Origin: the human T2T-CHM13v2.0 reference genome, Homo sapiens
Strand: one strand, 5' to 3'
Length of the DNA stretch: 64,000 bases
Assembly: GCF_009914755.1 (NCBI RefSeq)
Contig: NC_060925.1
In this document: positions 55,711 to 64,000 of the stretch, piece after piece
Numbering within the stretch: position 1 is the stretch's first letter
Layout of the letters: each line of letters starts with the position of its first letter
Program-made: the position numbers and the translations under genes
The notes under the pieces: generated by a model
What the model saw: only the letters and a program-made list of their open reading frames with translations
The model's database searches: none
What the model was told of the DNA's origin: nothing

Positions 55711-58049
55711 ATAAACACACATAAGAAGCGCACTGAGACTGTCTCCATTTGGCTATCCACACCCTCTCTAGACAACATTCTAACTCCGCGGGGTCTCTGG
55801 AGGCTGACTCCTGGTTGGGTTCTGCCAGTGGGAGGCACACACAGGCAGTCAGAGGGCAAGAAGAGTTCAGGTGTTCCTCCTCTGGCTCCCTCCCTGCTGG
55901 GAGCAGATTAAGGGTGACCACAATCTTCAACCTAAGGCGGCAGCTCCCCGGAGCTGCAGTGAGTCTCCCCAGTTCTGGTAACTTCTCTTCTCTCATCCCA
56001 TCAGGCCTAGGTGGAAATGGTTCCCCACTGGTTGTCAGTCCTATGGGGCCACCCATGCCTTAAGGTTTCCGTTAACCTTGCCCCAACTAGCTCTCCTCAA
56101 TCCCGTTTCAGTGTGTGCCCTTCGTTTCCTCGGAGACCCTGACTGAGACAGGAATAGAATGTGTGAGTCTGAGTGTGAGTGTGAGTGCACACACACACAC
56201 ACGTGTGGATGGATGAACACCAACATATTAACAGAACAGTTGCTGTGGGGTTAGTCATGATTTATCTCTTCCTTTTGCTTCTCTGCAATATCTGATTACA
56301 TAAATAATCTGATAATATTTATGTAAAATTTTTTTAAGAAATAAAGCAAAAGTTCACAGATTTAAAGAACAGTTTCTATGAGGATCAGACTCAGGGGAGA
56401 CTAGAAGCCCTCAGATCCAGTCCTTTGGGGACAGATCTGAGCCCAGATCTACTTTGGTGGAAAGAAACTAATGACACCAGACACTACCCCTGGCTCAGAG
56501 GCCATGAGGATTAGTGAGAGGAACATGTTGGCACCTTAGAATTCTTAATGTGATTAGAAAGGAAATAAGCAGCCCATTATCATTCCCTGACTTTGGGAAG
56601 GCCCTTTAACCTGGGTTGCCCTGAATCTTGCTGCAGCCTGACTGTGCTCTAACTACACCAGGTACAGAATAGACACAAGAGGGAGAGTCTATCACCAGCA
56701 GGAGGGTGGCTTAGCCTGGCAGTGTCCAAGCTTTAGCATGCATAGAATCGTCTGAGGATGCAGAGACGAGGGCTCTTCCCCCAGAGGTTCTGATTCAATA
56801 GGGCTGAGATGAGGCCCTGGAATCTGCATTTTAAAGCGACTGGTTCTCCTCCCTCCCCTCTCCTCCCACCACACACATCATGAGGAATAGAGGTGCTTGG
56901 GCTACAGAGTTTGGGGTGCAAGTCCTGTTTCTTTTGGCCCCTCATCGCTAAGACTCAGTGAGCAGAGGGAGTGGAGAAGGGAGAGAGGAGGAGGAGAACC
57001 AGGCTGCTGAGAGGGGCAGGCAGAGTAGGCCTAAACCAACCTGGTCATCACCCAGGAGGAAACCCACAAGCGGGACATTGAACCTCGCCTGGGTGATTAG
57101 TGCTCCGGAAACCATGGGGAACCACTGGAGGACTTTACTGATGCCGTGTTATTTTCCATTTCTTCTCTGATTACATTGATCCTGTACTTTTGCTGATGTT
57201 GTGACAGTCTAATTATAGACTTCTCGGCTGCTGAGCAAACAGTCGTCCCCTCTCGGTAAATCTGCCTGTTACACAAGCGCCAGCTCTGGGACACTGTCAT
57301 TATGTGCAGCCAACCCCATGAAGCACCGTGGGCGGGACAGCCCCACACCCTTTAGCTCCTTGACGCTCACTGCTGGAGCCGGAGGCACTGCAGGCTAGCC
57401 AGGCTGGGTCTTTTTTTTTTTTTTTTTTTTAACAGATGGGGAAACTGAGGCCCACAGCAGTGAAGTGAACCATATCACACAGAGCCAGGGATGGATCCCG
57501 GGACCTGAGGGAGGGGTGGTTACCCAAGGCCTCTTTTTCTTTCCTTTCTTTTTTTTTTCTTTTTTTCCCCATCAGATATTCACTGAGTGCCTATTCTAGG
57601 AATTCTAAAGAAGAAAAGTGTCACCTGGCCAAAAGCAGAAAGTATTGGCAGGGCGAGGTCAGCTGGATGGTGTTCCTCCTAGAAGCTTCCCAAGAGTCCA
57701 TTTTTCTGGCCCTCAGATGCAGAGGTTTCGGAATCCTGACTGCATCTGTGTCCCACAGCTAGCTGGATTAAATAATGCCGATTTGTTTAGGCAATGCTCA
57801 CAAGAGACCGTGGCGGAAGGCTGGAAGGGAGATGTGCGTATTCTGGCCATCCAGCATCTGAACCTCCTTCCTCTGTTTGGAGTATCCTCTACCTTTAAGA
57901 GGCAAAGTCTACTTCCCAGAGTTAAAGCTCAAAATATCAGATGATCTGTTCACCAGCCTTCTTTGCAGCCAAGCCAGGGCTTGGCCATACCATCTGGTCT
58001 TTGCTGATTTGAGAGAATCCCACCCACTCTGGGTTCGAATCAGAAACCA

Positions 58050-58362
58050 GTGATGGGAAGAAGCAGGGACACAGGTTCACAGAGACTCTGACTATCTACA
58101 GGTGACAGTATGGTGGCAGAGACAATTACATCCAGTTTCCAGAGGCAGGAGTGGCAAGGCTGCCTATGTCCTTCATGGTGTTTTCCTGGGCCAGTTCCAC
58201 AGTATGATTTTTCAACCTTGTTTCTGGTAGCAGAGCCAATTGGCCAAGTTCTCCAGCATTCTGCTAATTCTGTGGGCTCACCAATATCTTTGAAATAAAT
58301 TCCATTTTGCTTAGATCAGCCAGAGTCATTTTTGAGTGCTTACAACTAAGAATCAAGACTGA
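58050..58362 (+). mobile_element. Old MLT1 LTR 3' part
   Basis: aataaattccattttgcttagatcagccagagtc...tgcttacaactaagaatc. Confidence 0.55.
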
Positions 58363-59546
58363 TATGAGGACTGGAAGACCAATGTCTGAACACTGAGAAT
58401 GACACGTGTTAGGGGAGTTCGCCATCCCTGGCAGTCGGCCGTATTCTTCCTCTGGCAAGCTATGTGGGAATGACCAGAATCTCTTCCCCAACAGGAATGG
58501 ACTCCAGTGCTGGGAGCTTCAGGCATTCTGGCAGGATGGTAGGAAAGACATCCTGGGCCTAAATATAAGGCAAGCTCAGAGTGGACCCAGTGGTTGGTCA
58601 TGAGATATAATGAAATAATCCATTCACAATTTGCATTTTTATGAAATCCCTTTTCCCAGAAGGGAGATTTGAAAAAATGTTAATCCTTAGATAAGAAATC
58701 TGGGGCTCTAGAAGTGATGGTAGCCACAGCAAGGTATTCAGAATCTACCCTTTTCTGTTCTCATCTGACTTGCTTCCCAAGGTGTCCTGACAGTGAAATG
58801 AGAAAGGGGTACGAGGTTGGCAACGAGACACATCTTGTGAATGGGGTGACTGCTTTCATATGTATCATTACTTCATTTGATCAGCATACAACCCCATGAA
58901 GCAGGTAGGCTAATTGCTGTTAGCATTTCCATTTTTTGGATTAGGAAGCTCAGACTCAGAGATGTTAAGCCATTTGTCTAAGGTTTCACCTTGCCTGAAA
59001 AAAGGATTGCCTGCCATCTGACTCAAGCCTACATCCTTTCTCCAGGGACATACTGCTAGTGGGGTGGGCAGGAAAGGAGTTTAGAGACACCTAGATTGGA
59101 GGGATAAAGTCAGCACTGCTTATATTTGGCATCGTCTTTTCCCTGGCACTGCCACTGTCACCACCATCCCCCTTCTGGATCCCTACTTTACCCCTTCATG
59201 CTGCTCTGGTGGCAGTGCCTCTGCTGCCATGCTGTACTTGAGCCTGCTGCTACAGCCATGCCTGAAGATGCAGCCCCTTCCTCTCTTCCTGTCCCACCAA
59301 ATATGACCAGCTCTAGGTTCCATTACTTCTGGACTTTGCTCCAAATAAAACTTACACCATTTTATTCCAAACCCAGGTCTCTTTCTGCAACACCCGAGAA
59401 AAATATTGGGCTGCAGGAGCCAGAGAGGAGAGAGAGATTTACTGGTGAGAGTTGTAGGTGGGAATTGAAAAGCCAAGTCATGTCTTTGCCCCACCAGAAA
59501 CTCACTAGGATGTACACAATGCCACTGTGATGGTTTTAAAATATGT

Positions 59547-59675
59547 AACTAACCTGCACGTTGTGCACATGTACCCTAAAACTTCAAGTATATATAAAAA
59601 AAGAAAGAACTGCTGATACACATATCATGAAAAAAGACCAAATAAAATAAAAAAATAAAAAAAAATAAATAAAAT
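59547..59675 (+). mobile_element. Very short young L1PA 3' end plus putative 3' transduction plus poly(A)
   Basis: aactaacctgcacgttgtgcacatgtaccctaaaactt; TSD aaaatatgt (59538-59546 and 59676-59684). Confidence 0.85.
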
Positions 59676-60789
59676 AAAATATGTCCACAAATGCTTTGAT
59701 GTTCCTTTGTTTCTTGATCTGTATGCTAGCAACACAGGTTCATTCCGTTTGTGAAAATTCATTGAGCTGTGCTCTTATGAGCTGTGTACTTCTCTACATG
59801 TATGTTAAATGTGGACAAGAACTTCACATAAAAATCATTTTAAGAAAAATAAAATATTTAGATGGGGGCATTTGAATAAACATTTGTAATGTTTTTATTA
59901 CAAAAAACTCAAGACTTAAGAAATTGCTCAAAGAAACTGATAGATCAGGAGATAACTAGACACTATACAAAAGGTCTTTCTTGACTTACAGTAGGACTAT
60001 GGTGGAATTTCTTTGTTTTTCTGAAGTATTAAAATCAGAATCTATTGAGACGTAAAACTCTTTCAGGATCATCACTACAAGTGAGGTACGCTTGCATTTT
60101 AAAGACTGTTTTGTCCCTCGGTTTCCCTAGGTATAAATCAGTGAATCCAGTGAATCATTCAGAATGCAAAGAAGGTCTTTAAACCATTCTGATTGGATGT
60201 GCTCAGCAGGGGCTGGAATTTGGCAAGAAGAAGGCACCAATAATCTAGGAAGAAGAGTTTGAATATCTGGTTCCGTGTCCAACGGGCAGAACTTGGCCAC
60301 TTTCTAAGACTCCTGCCAGCTCCAGGATGCCAGTTTTATGAGGCAGAAAGAACACAGTGTATTTAAAAAAAAAAAAAAAAAAACAACCCTGAAACACAAT
60401 TCTAGAAAAGTCCATTAATGCATCAGGAATACAAAGGGGCCCAAGAAAAAAATATATATATACATGTATATATATTTGAGAAACTCATATATAGTGAGTT
60501 TCTTTTCTGCTCTTAGCTCTCACCTCTCACCTACCATAGAATTGCCTAATTTTATTCAGGAAGTTGAATAAAATTTCACCCAGGAAAAGGTGGAACTAAA
60601 CCATGCTGGGTCAAATTTTAGGTTAAGAATTTCTGTCCTGTGTTCTACCTTGAGACTAACTGTACTAATGGTTTCCAAGAGGCACTGAAAGAGTAGAAAT
60701 GGTTGAAAGGCCAATGTAATAATTTGCATTAACTTTATTGTGGTTGGAAGTTTATGGAAGGATGGTTGAGTTACTTGCCCAAGGCCTTA

Positions 60790-61900
60790 TTACAGATAGT
60801 GAAAGTTAAAACAATGAAGTTCTTAGAAGAAAACAAAGAATATTATTTTTATGGGCTTAGGATTATTTTAAACAGGACATACAAAACACTAGTCATAAGA
60901 GATAAGATTAATATTTTGAATGTCTTTAAAATTAAGTGCTTCTGTTCATCAAAAGATAACATTAGAATAATTAAAAGTCAACACAGATTGGGAAAAGATA
61001 TTTGTTATACATATATTGGACAAAGGGCTCATATTCAGAATATGTAAAGAACTCTTATAGGTCATTAGGACAGACAACTCCCTACAAATGAGCGAAAGAC
61101 TTGAACAGACACTTTATTAAAAGGGTATTGAAATGAACAATAAGCATCTGAAAAATTGCTCAACATCCTTGATCATCAAAAAATGCAATTTTAAATCACA
61201 ATGAAATACATATCCCCCCCCTTTTTAAATTAAAAAGACTGAAAATACCAATACTGGCAAAGATGTGAAACAACCGGAAATCTCATATCACTGGTTGGAA
61301 CCTAAATTGTTATACGAATTTAAAAACTGGCAGTGTATTTAAAGTTTAATATGTGAACACTCTATGAACCAGGAATCCAATCCTAGGTATATATATATAT
61401 CCAACATAAATGAATGCTATGTCCACCAAAAGACATGTGTAAGAATGTCTGCAGCAGCTTCATCAAAGGCAGAAACATGAAGCAACTCAAATGTCCACCA
61501 ACAGTAGGATGAGTACACAAATCGTTGAATATTTATATAATGAAGTAATACACAGTAGTGAAAAAGAATGGACCATTGTTACACACAACAATATGGATGA
61601 ATCTCATAGACGCACTGTTGGGCAAGAGAAGCCAGACATAAAATTGTACGTGTTATGTATTTCATCCATAGCAAGTTCAAATATTGGTAAAACTAATCTA
61701 TGGTGATAGAGGTTAAAATAGTGGTAATCCTTGTCGGATACTGAATGGGAAGGGGCATGAATGAGCTGGAAAGGTTCCACATCTTGATATGGATGGCAGT
61801 TACATGGGTATGCATATGTAAAAAATTATCATTCTGGACACTTTTGATTTGTGCGCTTTACTGAATGTTATACCTCAAAAACAAAAAGTAAAACAAAAAA
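60790..61900 (+). mobile_element. Old L1 (L1MC/MD) ORF2 end and 3'UTR
   Basis: ttctgttcatcaaaagat, aaagacttgaacagacacttt, atgtccaccaaaagacatg, tgttatacctcaaaa and an A-rich tail. Confidence 0.85.
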
Positions 61901-62229
61901 TCAGATCATATGTCTTGATTTCGCGTCTAACAATAGGATCACTGGCTTTCCCTATAAACACTCATATTGATGTCCTATCGCATTAAAGTTCCTGGATACT
62001 CACTCTCCTCTCCCTCGCTGGGAAAGACATATTTGAGAACTCTTCATAGTCTGACAGACAGGAGAACCACACTTATTTCAGGCAGGGTTGGAAGAGTAGG
62101 GCGGAGGAGATGTAAATACTGCATCTGGGAAGTAATCTTTTCCCCCAGCACCTAGTAAACGATCAATACAAGTACAATAATGTCTATTGATAAATAACAT
62201 TGTCCAACATTGGCTACTATCTGATACAT

Positions 62230-62480
62230 ACAGCATTTGCCACACACTTTCTAACAGGCACTAGGCACTGCACTAATTGTTTCCCACGTATTTTCTTAAT
62301 ACTTATATAATTCTACAGAGCTGTCCCATTGTTAGTCTTGTCCTACAGATAGGAGACGCAGGTTGTTGGAGGGTTGGTTCAGTTACTTGCCTAAGGCCTT
62401 ACAGAAAGTTTAAGTGGTGCATGGAGATCTCAACTCAGATTAGTCTGAATTCAGAACCTGGGCTGTAAACCACTCGCTAT
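62230..62480 (-). mobile_element. MIR SINE
   Basis: tacagataggagac...gttacttgcctaaggcctt...gtaaaccact. Confidence 0.6.
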
Positions 62481-63090
62481 GTTATGAATGGATGGTGTCC
62501 AAGCCCTGCCTGCATGTTATATAACACACTGGACCAAGTGCTGTGGCATTCCGAATGGGGCCGAAGCGGCTGCGGCTGCCGACATTGGCGATGGACTCCC
62601 CGAGGCCCTTCGTCCCACTAACTGCACACAGGTGGTCCCCGGGGCCAGAGAGCCGCCGGCGCTCTCTCCCCGAAGACCACGCCTTCGCCTCCAGCCAGTT
62701 TGCTTGGGGAATCAGAAAGGTGCCCAGGGCCCAGAAACCATTAAGTTTTTTCCGACTTCAAAAACACACACCGGAGGTAGGCGTGGGCGTTACCCGCCTC
62801 ACTCCTGGGGGCAGGGAGAACCAACGCGAAAATCCCCAGAGAGGCGGAAGAAAAACCTGCCTGCGAGAGAATAGGATGGAGATGGGAAAAGCCTGGGGAA
62901 GAGAGAGTTATGCGGCAGGAATAGCAGAAAAGCGTACTAAGCAAAAAGAAAGGTGTCCCACTAACTCCGAAGTTAAATGGGTGTCGACGCAGCCCCCTCT
63001 ATTGCGCTTGCGCAGTGCTGCCTCCCTGAGCACCCCGCCCCTTCCCGCCGCTGAGGATTTACTCGTCTCTTGGCAACCATTCACCCGAAG

Positions 63091-63270
63091 AGCCAATCAG
63101 AGGGCAGCCCTCGCCCCGCCCCTGCCGTCAGGGCCGGGCGGAAGGGTCCCGAGGGGACTGGCTCCGCCACGCCCCGCCCCTGGCTCCCCCGGGAGGGCGG
63201 CTCAGGGGCGGGGACGGGGGCGTGGTCCCGCCGTATAAGAACGGAGGGGGCGGCGGCGGGACGGCTCACT
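63091..63270 (+). promoter_or_regulatory. TENT5C: Core promoter: CCAAT box, GC boxes, TATA-like element, Inr-like start
   Basis: agCCAATcag (CCAAT at 63093-63097); several GC boxes including ggggcgggg 63205-63213; TATAAGA 63234-63240; tcactc ~30 nt downstream. Confidence 0.8.
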
Positions 63271-63368
63271 CGGTGCCGCTGCCTAGGGGCTGTAGAGGTC
63301 GCGCCGCTCCTGCTGGGGCCTGCCCACGCCAAGGACCTGCCTCTGTCGCCTCCTCTTCTATTGCCCAG
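63263..63368 (+). other. TENT5C: Non-coding first exon of TENT5C (FAM46C); the coding exon lies beyond the window
   Basis: No ATG; strong donor CAG|GTGAGT at 63368/63369. Identity inferred from the recalled VPS25P1-TENT5C spacing on 1p12; 5' end approximate. Confidence 0.78.
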
Positions 63369-64000
63369 GTGAGTCCGCGACCCCCCTCCTCTAAAGGTGC
63401 GGCGATGCGGCAGCAGCCCCAGTGAGCCGCGAGCTCACTTAGTGGGGGTCCGCCCCCACTAAGTGGTGCTCAGGTCTTTGCCCAGCCTGGTAGGGGGCAG
63501 GCGGACCCGAGGGGAGCTGCGGACAGGTGCCGAGACCCGGTGCTCCTTTCCCCTCCTGCTCCCTCGAGGACCCCCGCCCCTGACACACCCGTCCCAAAGG
63601 GCCAGAAGAGACGCTCCGAAAGGGAGCTACAACTTTCCAGAGACCTGGGGCTTGGCAAACTCCAGCGAGTTCCTGCTCCGCGCGTCCTGCAGGCTGCGCG
63701 CTGGCCAGGCGCGGGCAGGGCGTCTGAAGAGTGTGTGATCGGCGCCTCCGCTCCTACCTGGATCAGACGGCGCCCCCCGCCACCCATGCCTCCCTTCCTG
63801 GCTTGCAGTCCCTCGGGCTCGCCCCGGCGCTCCCGCGGGCGCGCACACCTTCGCCGGCCCGCCGAGTGTGAATTCGAATTCGGCGGTTTCACTAGGCGCA
63901 GCTGGAGACGCAGCGGTCCGGGGCTTGGATCTGGTTGGGGAGGGGAGGGGCGCTTCCTAGGCTCATTGCCAAGTCCTGAGTTTTAAGGAGAAGGGCGGAG

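Larger units (their letters stand above)
54000..62990 (-). ncRNA. TENT5C-DT: Possible divergent lncRNA from the bidirectional promoter (exon structure not determinable here)
   Basis: Based on recalled annotation of the locus plus the CpG-island promoter; extent approximate and not demonstrable from sequence alone. Confidence 0.35.
62550..64000. promoter_or_regulatory. TENT5C: CpG island spanning promoter, exon 1 and start of intron 1
   Basis: Abrupt rise in GC and CpG density from ~62550 to the end of the window. Confidence 0.92.

Noticed and set aside
59126-59530. 134-aa ORF with His/Cys-rich start and hydrophobic stretch
   Set aside because: Non-ATG start, with no family resemblance or splice context that I can support.
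62543-63238. 231-aa Arg/Pro/Gly-rich ORF
   Set aside because: Runs through the CpG-island promoter, where stop codons are depleted; no homology recognised.
63870-63881. gaattcgaattc 12-bp palindrome (tandem EcoRI sites)
   Set aside because: Too short to be informative; the spacing does not fit a heat-shock element and nothing suggests a cloning artefact.

Overview
Human (primate) genomic DNA with no protein-coding exon, dominated by interspersed repeats. Two landmarks are recognisable. One is a processed VPS25 pseudogene (~6.6-7.7 kb). The other is a CpG-island promoter with a non-coding first exon at the right edge (~63.26-63.37 kb). From memory, this arrangement and the ~56.6 kb spacing match chr1p12 between MAN1A2 and TENT5C/FAM46C (VPS25P1 ... 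TENT5C exon 1); I did not check this against a database. The left ~18 kb is AT-rich and is a stack of nested insertions: old L1s, Alus, a full-length THE1 provirus and a twin-primed L1. The right ~45 kb is GC-richer, MIR/L2-dense and looks regulatory. The most notable observation is an ancient, nearly complete hAT (Ac/ZBED-like) transposase gene on the minus strand, split across ~3.9-11 kb by later insertions. Its BED finger, catalytic and dimerisation motifs can be read in the correct order. Other points of interest are a tiny L1 with an apparent 3' transduction, a perfect hairpin just inside intron 1, a dense transcription-factor motif cluster at 45.1 kb, and a (TG)23(CG)7 Z-DNA tract. I found no evidence of a new protein-coding gene or a prokaryote-style system.
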